Source: an uncultured Pelagibacteraceae bacterium
Lineage (GTDB): Bacteria; Pseudomonadota; Alphaproteobacteria; Pelagibacterales; Pelagibacteraceae
Length of the DNA: 64,000 bases
Direction of reading: 5' to 3'
Assembly: GCA_902577525.1 (NCBI GenBank)
Contig: CACGZG010000002.1
Coordinates: 19,222 to 83,221, forward strand
Position 1 is the first letter of the stretch. Each line of letters opens with the position of its first letter. The position numbers and the translations under genes were made by a program. Positions 1-9,156 of this stretch are shown one piece after another. The notes beneath the pieces are model-generated. The model saw only the letters and a program-made list of their open reading frames with translations. It made no database searches and was not told the origin of the DNA.

Positions 1-459
1 TTTGATGTTAGACAGCCAATTTATTAAACCTGAAAACATCACACCAATTTTGGAATTTCTATCTATTTCGGCTAGTTGTCTAGGGACAGCAGGTAATTTA
101 CCTTGTTTCTTTTGTGCCATTCTATATCTCAGCATTAAGTGAGGAAAATCTAGATCAAAATCATGTGGAGGTACGTAAGGACATTTAGTCATAAAACACA
201 TGTCACACAATGTACATGCATCCACAACTGGAGCAAATTGATCGCTTGATAAGCTTTCTACATCCTCGTTTTTTGACTCATCAATCATATCAAAGAGTTT
301 TGGAAATGAATCGCAAAGATTAAAGCATCTTCTACAACCATGGCAAATATCAAACACTCTTCTCATCTCAGAATCTAATTTTTCCGGATTCAAAAAATCT
401 GGACTTTCAAAATCTATTGGGTGTCTTATAGGGGCTTCTGTACTTCCTTCTTTACTCAT
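1..459 (-). CDS. Fe-S oxidoreductase (rubrerythrin-associated, GlpC/heterodisulfide-reductase-like); runs off the left window edge
   Basis: Manually translated, not in ORF track: MSKEGSTEAPIRHPIDF...CHGCRRCFNLC...CTLCDMCFMTKCPY. Two ferredoxin-type Cys clusters; lies downstream of rubrerythrin. Confidence 0.85.
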   Translation of the reverse strand, partial: MSKEGSTEAPIRHPIDFESPDFLNPEKLDSEMRRVFDICHGCRRCFNLCDSFPKLFDMIDESKNEDVESLSSDQFAPVVDACTLCDMCFMTKCPYVPPHDFDLDFPHLMLRYRMAQKKQGKLPAVPRQLAEIDRNSKIGVMFSGLINWLSNIK

Positions 460-554
460 ATCACTAAATTCATTATTAAAATTAAAGCAATTGAAGCCAT
501 AATTGCAGGTTCATTACACCAATCTTTTATTGTTTGTACTAATTGCTCTATCAT
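456..554 (-). CDS. Putative 32-aa small membrane peptide
   Basis: Manual translation MIEQLVQTIKDWCNEPAIMASIALILIMNLVI*. Hydrophobic C-terminal half; its TGA overlaps the next ATG (ATGA). Confidence 0.45.
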   Translation of the reverse strand: MIEQLVQTIKDWCNEPAIMASIALILIMNLVI

Positions 555-578
555 TTTATGTAAATTTTAAAAAAGTTT

Positions 579-603
579 TTAGTGGGCGATAAACGCCCAC
601 TAA
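579..603. terminator. GC-rich hairpin after rubrerythrin (terminator or mRNA-stabilising stem)
   Basis: TTAGTGGGCG-ATAAA-CGCCCACTAA, a 10-bp stem just past the rbr stop. The U-tract on the minus strand is offset (AAACTTTTTT). Confidence 0.6.
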
Positions 604-612
604 TTAAGTATA

Positions 613-1029
613 TTAGCTAATAGATTCTAAAGTTTTTTGGAATTTACCAGCATGAGATTTTTCAGCTTTTGCTAACGTTTCAAACCAATCAGCAATTTCT
701 TCAAATCCTTCTTCTCTTGCAGTTTTTGCCATACCTGGGTACATATCTGTGTACTCATGCGTTTCACCAGCTACAGCTGACTCTAAATTTGCTTTTGTCT
801 CACCAATTGGTTTACCAGTTGCTGGATCACCAACTTGTTCCAAATACTCAAGATGCCCATGTGCATGACCTGTTTCACCTTCAGCAGTTGATCTAAAAAC
901 TGTAGCTACATCATTATATCCCTCGATGTCAGCTTTTTGAGCAAAATAAAGGTATCTTCTGTTTGCTTGACTTTCTCCAGCAAACGCCTCTTTTAAGTTT
1001 TCTTCAGTTTTTGTTCCTTTTAACGACAT
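613..1029 (-). CDS. rbr: Rubrerythrin, short form without rubredoxin domain
   Basis: AFAGESQANRRYLYFA, EGETGHAHGH, ETHEY, AEKSH di-iron motifs; 138 aa; SD AAGGAG upstream. Confidence 0.93.
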   Translation of the reverse strand: MSLKGTKTEENLKEAFAGESQANRRYLYFAQKADIEGYNDVATVFRSTAEGETGHAHGHLEYLEQVGDPATGKPIGETKANLESAVAGETHEYTDMYPGMAKTAREEGFEEIADWFETLAKAEKSHAGKFQKTLESIS

Positions 1030-1055
1030 TTTAATCTCCTTATTTGATTGAGATA

Positions 1056-1085
1056 AATATATAATGATTCTAAACTGTATGTCAA
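1056..1085 (-). promoter_or_regulatory. sigma70-like promoter of rbr
   Basis: Minus-strand TTGACA (1085-1080), 18-nt spacer, TATATT (1061-1056). Confidence 0.6.
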
Positions 1086-1105
1086 CAGTTTAGAATAATT
1101 ATAAT
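1058..1105. promoter_or_regulatory. Two ICE-like (Irr) boxes in inverted arrangement
   Basis: TATATAA-TGA-TTCTAAA (1058-1074) and TTTAGAA-TAA-TTATAAT (1089-1105). Each has 2 mismatches to TTTAGAA-N3-TTCTAAA. Confidence 0.65.
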
Positions 1106-1134
1106 GTATTGTTTAAACTACTGAAATTATTTAA

Positions 1135-1563
1135 TTAATTTTGATTTTGATTATCACTCGCAACTTTAATCAGAACTTCAACTGAATTTATTTTTTTTCC
1201 TGTGATATTTTTTTTTATATTTACATTTCCAATTAACTCATTATCACAATCAATTAACTCGTTTGTATCTTGGTCATAAAAGTGATGATGATTAGATATA
1301 TTTGTATCGAAATAACTTTTATCACTATTAATTGAAATTTCTTTTAAATAGCCCTTATTTTTAAAAGCATGAACTGTATTATAAACAGTGGCAAGAGAAA
1401 TTTTCTCACCCAATTTGTCTGAAATTATTTTCGATAGATCATTAATTGTAAAATGGAAAGTTTTATCTCTATTAAACAACACTTCACATATTTTAAGCCT
1501 TTGCTTTGTAGGTCTTAAACCTGAAGATCTCAATTTATCAATAAATTCGGCGTTTTTTGACAT
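1135..1563 (-). CDS. irr: Fur-family iron response regulator Irr
   Basis: GLRPTKQR, SLATVYNT, HHHFY motifs; adjacent to fabA as is typical in alphaproteobacteria. Confidence 0.88.
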   Translation of the reverse strand: MSKNAEFIDKLRSSGLRPTKQRLKICEVLFNRDKTFHFTINDLSKIISDKLGEKISLATVYNTVHAFKNKGYLKEISINSDKSYFDTNISNHHHFYDQDTNELIDCDNELIGNVNIKKNITGKKINSVEVLIKVASDNQNQN

Positions 1564-1568
1564 TGTAA

Positions 1569-1587
1569 ATTATAATTATTCTAAACT
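1569..1587. promoter_or_regulatory. ICE-like box immediately upstream of irr
   Basis: ATTATAATTATTCTAAACT, the exact reverse complement of 1087-1105; 5 nt from the irr start codon. Confidence 0.65.
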
Positions 1588-1637
1588 TTATGTATATTAT
1601 ATTTTAATAAAATCAAGTAGAAGGATGATCAAATTCT

Positions 1638-2138
1638 ATGAAAAAAAGCTCTTACACTTATGATGAACTCATAAACTGTGGAAATGGAGGGCTTTTTGGT
1701 CCTGGAAATGCTAAATTACCTCTTCCACCGATGTTAATGTTTGATAGGATTACTGAAATAAATGATAATGATGGAGCCTTTAAAAAGGGTTATTTGAAAG
1801 CTGAATTAGATATAAAAAAAGACCTGTGGTTCTTCAATTGTCATTTTAAAGAAGACCCAGTAATGCCAGGTTGTCTTGGGCTTGATGCTATGTGGCAACT
1901 AGTAGGATTTTATTTAGGTTGGATAGGAAATCCAGGGAAAGGAAGAGCTTTAGGTGTTGGCACAGTAAAATTTACAGGTGAAGTCTTGCAGGATGTAAAG
2001 TTAGTTAAATATGAAATTGATATGAAAAAAATTATGTCTCCAGGTGGTACAACTGTTGGTCTGGCTAACGGTATATTGCTAGCTGATGAAAAAAAAATAT
2101 ATTCAGCAGATAATTTAAAAGTAGGATTATTTAAATAA
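1638..2138 (+). CDS. fabA: 3-hydroxyacyl-ACP dehydratase/isomerase
   Basis: [30 protein letters not shown] motifs. Confidence 0.95.
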   Translation: MKKSSYTYDELINCGNGGLFGPGNAKLPLPPMLMFDRITEINDNDGAFKKGYLKAELDIKKDLWFFNCHFKEDPVMPGCLGLDAMWQLVGFYLGWIGNPGKGRALGVGTVKFTGEVLQDVKLVKYEIDMKKIMSPGGTTVGLANGILLADEKKIYSADNLKVGLFK

Positions 2139-3349
2139 TGAGAAGAGTCGTAATTACGGGATTAGGAGTAGTGTCCTGTTTAGGGAACAATCAAGATGAG
2201 GTTCGTCAATCATTATTAAATTCAAAATCAGGAATTTCATTTGCTGAGGAATACAAAGAACATAACTTAAAAAGTCATGTACATGGCAAACCTAATATAA
2301 AACTTGAAGATCATATAGATAGAAAAACAATAAGGTTTATGGGTTCAGGTTCTGCATATAATTACATAGCAATGAAAGAGGCAATTAAAGATTCTGGCCT
2401 AGAGGAAAAAGAAGTAAGTAATTTTAAAACTGGAATAGTTATGGGTTCAGGAGGGCCTTCAATTGAAAATGTAATTTTAGCAGCAGATAAAACAAGAGCA
2501 AAAACTCCAAAATTAATGGGGCCTTTTATCGTTCCAAGAACTATGGCAAGTACTGCATCTGCAACTTTAGCTGTTCCATTTAAAATTAAGGGGACTAACT
2601 ATACAATGAGTTCTGCGTGCGCTACTAGTGGCCACTGTATTGGTAATTCAATGGAATTAATTCAAATGGGAAAACAAGATATTATTTTTGCTGGGGGTAG
2701 TGAAGAAATACACTGGGCTATGACTGCTATGTTTGATGCAATGACTGCATTGTCGTCTAAATATAATGAAACTCCTGAAACAGCCTCTAGAGCATATGAT
2801 AAAACAAGAGATGGATTTGTGATTGCAGGAGGAGCTGGGGTTTTAGTGCTTGAAGAATATGAACATGCTAAAGCTAGAGGAGCTAAGATATACGCAGAGT
2901 TGACCGGTTATGGAGCGACCTCAGATGGATATGACATGGTCGCACCATCAGGTGAAGGGGCTGTAAGATGTATGAAAATGGCTATAGCAACTGCCAAAAA
3001 TAAAATTGATTATATAAATACTCATGGAACATCTACTCCTGTTGGAGATATTACAGAACTAAATGCTGTCAAAGAAACATTTGGATCTAATATTCCAAAA
3101 ATAAGTTCAACAAAATCTTTATCAGGTCATCCGTTAGGTGCCGCTTCAGTTCATGAAGCTATTTATTGTTTAATTATGATGAAAAATAATTTTATTGCTG
3201 GATCAGCGAATATTAATGAAATGGATGAAGAAGCTAAAAAATTTCCAATAGTTGCAAAAACAGAAACTGGAGTTACATTAAATACGATTATGTCTAATAG
3301 TTTTGGTTTTGGTGGAACTAATGCTGCTTTAATTTTTGAAAAGGTTTAG
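2138..3349 (+). CDS. fabB: 3-oxoacyl-ACP synthase I
   Basis: SACATSGH catalytic Cys, [21 protein letters not shown]. Confidence 0.95.
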   Translation: MRRVVITGLGVVSCLGNNQDEVRQSLLNSKSGISFAEEYKEHNLKSHVHGKPNIKLEDHIDRKTIRFMGSGSAYNYIAMKEAIKDSGLEEKEVSNFKTGIVMGSGGPSIENVILAADKTRAKTPKLMGPFIVPRTMASTASATLAVPFKIKGTNYTMSSACATSGHCIGNSMELIQMGKQDIIFAGGSEEIHWAMTAMFDAMTALSSKYNETPETASRAYDKTRDGFVIAGGAGVLVLEEYEHAKARGAKIYAELTGYGATSDGYDMVAPSGEGAVRCMKMAIATAKNKIDYINTHGTSTPVGDITELNAVKETFGSNIPKISSTKSLSGHPLGAASVHEAIYCLIMMKNNFIAGSANINEMDEEAKKFPIVAKTETGVTLNTIMSNSFGFGGTNAALIFEKV

Positions 3350-3352
3350 TTA

Positions 3353-4138
3353 ATGAGTTTAATGAAAGGCAAAAAGGGTTTGATCATGGGCGTTGCCAAT
3401 GAGAGATCTATTGCGTGGGGTATTTCACAAAAATTAGCTGAAGCTGGTGCTGAACTTGCCTTTACATATTTAGGAGATGCTTTAAAAAAAAGAGTTATTC
3501 CTTTAGCAGAAAAATTAAATTCAAAAGTTACATTTAGTTGTGATGTCGAAAAAAAAGAAGAGGTAGTAAAATTATTTGAAGATATTAAATCTCAATGGGG
3601 TGAAATTGATTTTGTAGTTCATGCAGTAGCATTTTCAGATAAATCAGAATTATCAGGTGAATATTTAAATACAACTAGAGAAAACTTTTTAAGAAGTATG
3701 TTAATTTCATGTTTTTCATTTACAGAAGTTACAAAAGAAGCCTCAAAGATAATGAAGCAAGGTGGTAGTCTTCTGACATTAACTTACGAGTCAACTAAAG
3801 CTATTCCAAATTACAATGTAATGGGTGTTTGTAAATCAGCTTTAGAGGCTAGTGTTAAATACTTAGCTAGAGATTTGGGGGCTAAAGGGATCAGGGTGAA
3901 TGCAATAAGCGCTGGACCTATTAAAACTTTAGCAGCTTCAGCAATTGGTGATGCAAAATTCTTGTATAAATGGAATGAAGACCACTCATTTCTAAAAAGA
4001 AACGTAGATATTCATGATGTTGGTAATTCAGCATTATATCTATTAAGTAGTCTTGCAAATGGTGTTACAGGTGAAATTCACTATGTAGATGCTGGGTACA
4101 ACAAGGTTGGGATGCCAGATCCTAAAAATATTACCTGA
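3353..4138 (+). CDS. fabI: Enoyl-ACP reductase
   Basis: GVANERSIAWGI, YNVMGVCK, ISAGPIKT. Confidence 0.95.
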   Translation: MSLMKGKKGLIMGVANERSIAWGISQKLAEAGAELAFTYLGDALKKRVIPLAEKLNSKVTFSCDVEKKEEVVKLFEDIKSQWGEIDFVVHAVAFSDKSELSGEYLNTTRENFLRSMLISCFSFTEVTKEASKIMKQGGSLLTLTYESTKAIPNYNVMGVCKSALEASVKYLARDLGAKGIRVNAISAGPIKTLAASAIGDAKFLYKWNEDHSFLKRNVDIHDVGNSALYLLSSLANGVTGEIHYVDAGYNKVGMPDPKNIT

Positions 4139-4186
4139 AATTTAGTTAAATTTATTTAAATATAAATTCAGTTATTTTAAACACTA

Positions 4187-6259
4187 TTATTCAGCAGTTT
4201 GTTTCATAGAAAGTTTAACTTTACCTCTGTCAAAGCCAATTACTTTAACTTTTACTTCGTCGCCTTCTTTTACAACGTCAGTTACTTTAGCGACTCTTTT
4301 GTCTGCCAATTCAGAAATATGAACAAGCCCATCTTGTTTTCCTAAGAAATTTACAAATGCTCCAAACTCCATAATCTTCATAACTTTTCCTGAATAAATT
4401 TTATTTAATTCAGCTTTAGCTGTTATATCTTTGATCATTTGCATAGCAATGTTTCTTGCCTCTTCATCTGGAGCGGCAACTGTTACCACACCTTCATCAT
4501 TCACATCTACTTTTGCGCCTGATTTTTCAACAATCTCTCTGATAGTCGCACCACCTTTTCCAATCACAGCAGCTATATCTTTTTTATCAACATTAATTTT
4601 TTCCATTTTTGGAGTGTGTTTTCCAACATCAGATCTTGATTTTGATAATGCTTTATTCATTTCAGCTAAAATATGAACTCTTCCATCTTTTGCTTGGCTT
4701 AAAGCCTGCTCCATAATTTCAAATGTGATACCAGTAATTTTAATATCCATTTGAAGCGAAGTAATTCCATCTTTAGTCCCAGCTACTTTAAAATCCATAT
4801 CTCCTAAGTGATCTTCATCTCCTAAAATATCTGATAGCACGCTAAATTCATTACCTTCTTTTATTAAACCCATCGCTATACCCGCAACTGGTTCTTTAAT
4901 CGGCACACCAGCATCCATTAATGCTAATGATGTTCCACAAACGGTAGCCATTGAAGATGAACCATTGGACTCAGTAATTTCTGAAACTACCCTGAAAGTG
5001 TATGGAAAAGCATCTTTTGTAGGTAATGAGGAATGAATAGCTCTCCATGCTAATTTGCCATGTCCTATTTCTCTTCTTCCAGTTCCTATTCTTCCAGTTT
5101 CTCCAACTGAAAATGGTGGAAAATTGTAATGAAGCATAAATCTTTCTCTTTGTAGTCCATCTAAGCTTTCAATTCTTTGCTCATCATCAGATGTCCCTAA
5201 AGTAGCAGTCACTATTGCTTGTGTTTCTCCTCTTGTGAATAAAGCTGAACCGTGAACTCTAGGTAAAATACCAACTTCACAAGATATAGGTCTAACATCA
5301 GATAATCCTCTGCCATCTATTCTATTTTTATTTTTTAAAATATCTGTTCTTACAATTGATTTCTCTATCTTTTTGAGTTCGGAATTTATATCTAAGTCTG
5401 TATAGTTTTCATTTTCCTCATAAAGTTTTTTTGCTTTATCAGTTATTTCAGAAATTTGATTTGATCTATCCTGTTTGTCTCTTGTTGCAAAAGCTTTTTT
5501 TAAATCCCCTGTAAAAGTTTTCTCAAGTTTTTTCTTAACCTCAGATAAATCTTTCTTTTCAACATTCCACTCAGGTTTTCTACATTCTTTTGCAAGTTCC
5601 TCAATCATTTTAATTACGGGAACAAAACCCTCATGACCAAACTTAACTGCATTTAACATTTCTTGCTCTGTTAAACCATTTGCCTCAGATTCGACCATAA
5701 GCACAGCATCTTTAGTGCCTGCTACTACTAAATCTAATTTTGATTTTTCAAGTTCAGCTTTTGATGGATTCAAAACATATTTTCCATCTATATATGCAAC
5801 TCTAGAAGCCCCCACTGGACCCATAAATGGCATTCCTGATATTGCTAATGCTGCGGATGAAGCTATAATTGATAATATATCCGCTTCATTTTCTTTATCA
5901 TAAGAAATTACTGTTGGTAATAACTGAACTTCATTTTTAAATTCATCAGGAAACAATGGTCTTATTGGTCTATCAATTAATCTAGAGATTAATGTTTCAC
6001 TTTCAGTAGGTCTTGCCTCTCTTTTAAAATATCCACCTGGAATTTTACCAGCTGCATAATATTTTTCTTGATAATTTACAGACAGTGGAAAGTAATCTAC
6101 ATCGGGATTTACTTTTTTTGCTCCTACAACTGTTGCTAAAACCACTGTTTCTCCACATGATGCTATAATTGCTCCATCTGCTTGTCTTGCTACTTTACCT
6201 GTTTCTAAACTTATTTTCTTTCCTGCTACTTCAATTTCCTTCTTGTATACTTTAAACAT
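4187..6259 (-). CDS. pnp: Polyribonucleotide nucleotidyltransferase
   Basis: Two RNase PH domains ([19 protein letters not shown]) plus KH and S1 domains. Confidence 0.97.
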   Translation of the reverse strand: MFKVYKKEIEVAGKKISLETGKVARQADGAIIASCGETVVLATVVGAKKVNPDVDYFPLSVNYQEKYYAAGKIPGGYFKREARPTESETLISRLIDRPIRPLFPDEFKNEVQLLPTVISYDKENEADILSIIASSAALAISGMPFMGPVGASRVAYIDGKYVLNPSKAELEKSKLDLVVAGTKDAVLMVESEANGLTEQEMLNAVKFGHEGFVPVIKMIEELAKECRKPEWNVEKKDLSEVKKKLEKTFTGDLKKAFATRDKQDRSNQISEITDKAKKLYEENENYTDLDINSELKKIEKSIVRTDILKNKNRIDGRGLSDVRPISCEVGILPRVHGSALFTRGETQAIVTATLGTSDDEQRIESLDGLQRERFMLHYNFPPFSVGETGRIGTGRREIGHGKLAWRAIHSSLPTKDAFPYTFRVVSEITESNGSSSMATVCGTSLALMDAGVPIKEPVAGIAMGLIKEGNEFSVLSDILGDEDHLGDMDFKVAGTKDGITSLQMDIKITGITFEIMEQALSQAKDGRVHILAEMNKALSKSRSDVGKHTPKMEKINVDKKDIAAVIGKGGATIREIVEKSGAKVDVNDEGVVTVAAPDEEARNIAMQMIKDITAKAELNKIYSGKVMKIMEFGAFVNFLGKQDGLVHISELADKRVAKVTDVVKEGDEVKVKVIGFDRGKVKLSMKQTAE

Positions 6260-6310
6260 TTCATTTCCATTTCTATTCGTTCGTTTCGTTCCATTCCGTT
6301 CTATCTATCT
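6260..6310 (-). repeat. Imperfect (R)GAA(A)Y tandem repeat in the pnp leader
   Basis: Minus strand reads AGAT AGAT AGAAC GGAAT GGAAC GAAAC GAAC GAAT AGAAAT GGAAAT GAAAT into the pnp ATG. Confidence 0.7.
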
Positions 6311-6316
6311 TGACTT

Positions 6317-6565
6317 TTATTTTCTTAAATTCAATTTCGACAGCACATTTTTGTAAGAATCCATCTTATTTTTTTTAAGATAATCTAACAATTTTTTTCT
6401 TCTATTGACTGCTTTTAACAGGCCAACAGAAGAATGTTTATCTTTCTTAAACTGTTTTATATGTTTTGAAAGATTTTCAATCTTATCAGTTAGCAAAGCT
6501 ATTTGAATTTCTGATGATCCCGTATCAGTATCATGCATTGCTAATTCTTTTATTCTTTTATTCAT
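6317..6565 (-). CDS. rpsO: 30S ribosomal protein S15
   Basis: DTGSSEIQIALLT, DKHSSVGL; position just upstream of pnp. Confidence 0.93.
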   Translation of the reverse strand: MNKRIKELAMHDTDTGSSEIQIALLTDKIENLSKHIKQFKKDKHSSVGLLKAVNRRKKLLDYLKKNKMDSYKNVLSKLNLRK

Positions 6566-6576
6566 ACATCTTATCC

Positions 6577-6945
6577 TTATTTATTTGATTGCTTTATTAA
6601 ATTTTCTATTTTTTCTGCATATTCAAAAGAATCGTCTTTTCTAAAAAGAATTTTTGGTAAAAATTTCATTATTATTTTTTGAGATAATGTTTTTCTGATT
6701 AAAAAAGAATTTTCTTTTAATTTTTCAATTTTTTCGTCAGCATCTACTCCACCTAACGGTAAAACATATGCTTTAGCAATTTTCAAATCTTGACTCATTC
6801 TGACCTCAGTCACTGTAATAGTATTTGTTTCTAAATTAGGGACTTTAGCCTCATTTTTCAAAAAAATCATACCTAAAGATTGTTTAATCATTTCACCTAC
6901 TCTTAGTTGTCTTTGGGATATTGGCTTTCCTATTTTATCAACCAT
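6577..6945 (-). CDS. rbfA: Ribosome-binding factor A
   Basis: RQLRVGEMIK, ITVTEVRMSQDLKIAK; follows infB. Confidence 0.93.
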   Translation of the reverse strand: MVDKIGKPISQRQLRVGEMIKQSLGMIFLKNEAKVPNLETNTITVTEVRMSQDLKIAKAYVLPLGGVDADEKIEKLKENSFLIRKTLSQKIIMKFLPKILFRKDDSFEYAEKIENLIKQSNK

Positions 6946-9146
6946 TATATTGTCCTCTCTTTAGATGTAACACTAAAAGCTTCAATAGTATCGTTTTTTT
7001 GAAAATCGATATAGTCTTTTAAAGTAATTCCACATTCTTGACCATTGTTCACTTCTTTTACCTGGTTTTTTTCTCTAAAAATACTACTTATTTTACCCGT
7101 ATAAATTATTGTTCCGTCCCTAATTATTCTTACATTTGAAGAGCTTAAAATCTCACCATTAGTTACCTTTGATCCAGCTACTTTTCCAGCACCTGAAACT
7201 TTGAATATCTCTAAAATTTGTGCTGTTCCAGTAATTTTTTCTTCCACATCTGGAGATAACAAGCCTGACATTTTTTGTTTTATATAATCTAAGACTTCAT
7301 AGATAATATTGTAAGAAGATATTTTAATATTTTCATTCTCAGCTAACTTTTTTGCTTCTTTACTTGGCTTTACGTTAAAAGCAATCAAAACTGCATTAGA
7401 AGCTTTTGCTAAAGTAACATCAGTTTCTGTAACCATTCCAATATCTGATAAAATTATTTTTGGTTTAACTTCCTCATGTTTGATTTGACTAATTGCATTT
7501 TTAATTGCTTCAGAGGAACCATGAACGTCTGATTTAATTATTAAATTCAATTCCTCAGGTGAATTATTCGAAAAAGCAGACTCTTGACTCGCAAATGATA
7601 ATGGGTTTTTTCCATCTTTTTTTTCTGTTACCCTATTTTCACTTAAAGTTTTTGCTTCTTTTTCACTTTCTAAAACAATAAAATCATCACCTGCTTTAGC
7701 AGCACCATTAATTCCTAAAATTTCCACTGGCATTGATGGAAATGCTTCATCTATATTTTTAGCTTTATCATTAATTATTGCCCTAACCTTACCCCACTTT
7801 AAGCCACTTACAAAAAAATTGCCTTTTTTTAATGTTCCAGATGTAATTATGATTGTTGCAACAGGTCCTCTTCCAATATCAATTTTTGACTCCAAGACAA
7901 CACCAGTTGCTTTAGACTCAAAATTAGTTTTTAAATCTAAAATTTCTGCTTGAAGACTTATTGTTTCAATTAACTTGTCCAAATTTTTTTTTGTTTTAGC
8001 CGAAATTTCAACCATTAATGTATCTCCAGATAATTCTTCAGCAATCAATTCATGCTCAAGAAGTTGATTTTTGATTTTTTGTGGATCAGCTTCTGGTAAA
8101 TCACACTTATTAATTGCTACAACTATTGGAACTTTTGCTGCTTTTGCATGTTTTATTGACTCAATAGTTTGAGGTTTAACCCCGTCATCTGCTGCAACAA
8201 CTAATATAACTATATCCGTGAGCTTCGATCCTCTTGCTCTCATTTCAGTAAATGCGGCATGACCAGGTGTATCTATAAATGTTATCTTATTTTTATTATT
8301 TTCTATTTGATAGGCACCAATATGTTGCGTAATCCCTCCAAATTCTCCAGATATAACATTTGAGCTTCTCAAAGCATCAAGGACAGATGTTTTTCCATGA
8401 TCAACATGACCCATAACTGTTACTATTGGAGGTCTTAATTTTAAATTTTCCGATCTAGACTCTTTAATTTTTTGAATTATTTCCTCTGTTTTTTCTTCTC
8501 TAATAGGATTATGTCCAAACTCTTTTACTAAGAATTCTGCAGTATCGGCTGCTAGGGTTTGGTTAATAGTAACTGTAACACCCATACCAAATAAATATTT
8601 TATTACATTGCTTGATTGTTCAGCCATTTTATTTGCAAGCTCTCTTACTGTAATAGCCTCAGGTATTTTTATATCTCTTTTTACAGGTTTAAGATTTTCT
8701 TGGCTTTCATTTTTTAATGAATTTTTGAGTTCTTTTTGTCTAGCTCTTTTTACAGAAGCCAAGCTTCTTTCTCTAGTTTCTATCTCATCACTAAGTGCTC
8801 TAGAAACTGTTAACTTTACTTCTCTTTTTTTAAACGAGGATTTTAATTTTTTTTCTTTTCCCTCTGAGTCGACTTTTAGTCTTTTTGTAGCTCTTTGTTC
8901 GGCTAATTTACGCCTCTCAAAATCACTTACACCTGTAAATGTTTTTATAGATAAGTTTGGCTTTGAATATGGCTTTTTAAACCCTGACGTTGAAAATTTA
9001 GAACTTAATGATTTGTTGAAAATACTTTTTTTAGATTGTTTTTCAATAATTACAGTATTTTTGCTTTGTGATTTTTTATTATCAAAATTTCTAAATAATT
9101 TTTTGGGTTTTCCAGAAATAGTTAATTTTGTTTTTTTGTTTTCCAT
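6945..9146 (-). CDS. infB: Translation initiation factor IF-2
   Basis: GHVDHGKT, DTPGH, NKCD GTPase motifs. Confidence 0.97.
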   Translation of the reverse strand: MENKKTKLTISGKPKKLFRNFDNKKSQSKNTVIIEKQSKKSIFNKSLSSKFSTSGFKKPYSKPNLSIKTFTGVSDFERRKLAEQRATKRLKVDSEGKEKKLKSSFKKREVKLTVSRALSDEIETRERSLASVKRARQKELKNSLKNESQENLKPVKRDIKIPEAITVRELANKMAEQSSNVIKYLFGMGVTVTINQTLAADTAEFLVKEFGHNPIREEKTEEIIQKIKESRSENLKLRPPIVTVMGHVDHGKTSVLDALRSSNVISGEFGGITQHIGAYQIENNKNKITFIDTPGHAAFTEMRARGSKLTDIVILVVAADDGVKPQTIESIKHAKAAKVPIVVAINKCDLPEADPQKIKNQLLEHELIAEELSGDTLMVEISAKTKKNLDKLIETISLQAEILDLKTNFESKATGVVLESKIDIGRGPVATIIITSGTLKKGNFFVSGLKWGKVRAIINDKAKNIDEAFPSMPVEILGINGAAKAGDDFIVLESEKEAKTLSENRVTEKKDGKNPLSFASQESAFSNNSPEELNLIIKSDVHGSSEAIKNAISQIKHEEVKPKIILSDIGMVTETDVTLAKASNAVLIAFNVKPSKEAKKLAENENIKISSYNIIYEVLDYIKQKMSGLLSPDVEEKITGTAQILEIFKVSGAGKVAGSKVTNGEILSSSNVRIIRDGTIIYTGKISSIFREKNQVKEVNNGQECGITLKDYIDFQKNDTIEAFSVTSKERTI

Positions 9147-9156
9147 TACTCATCCC

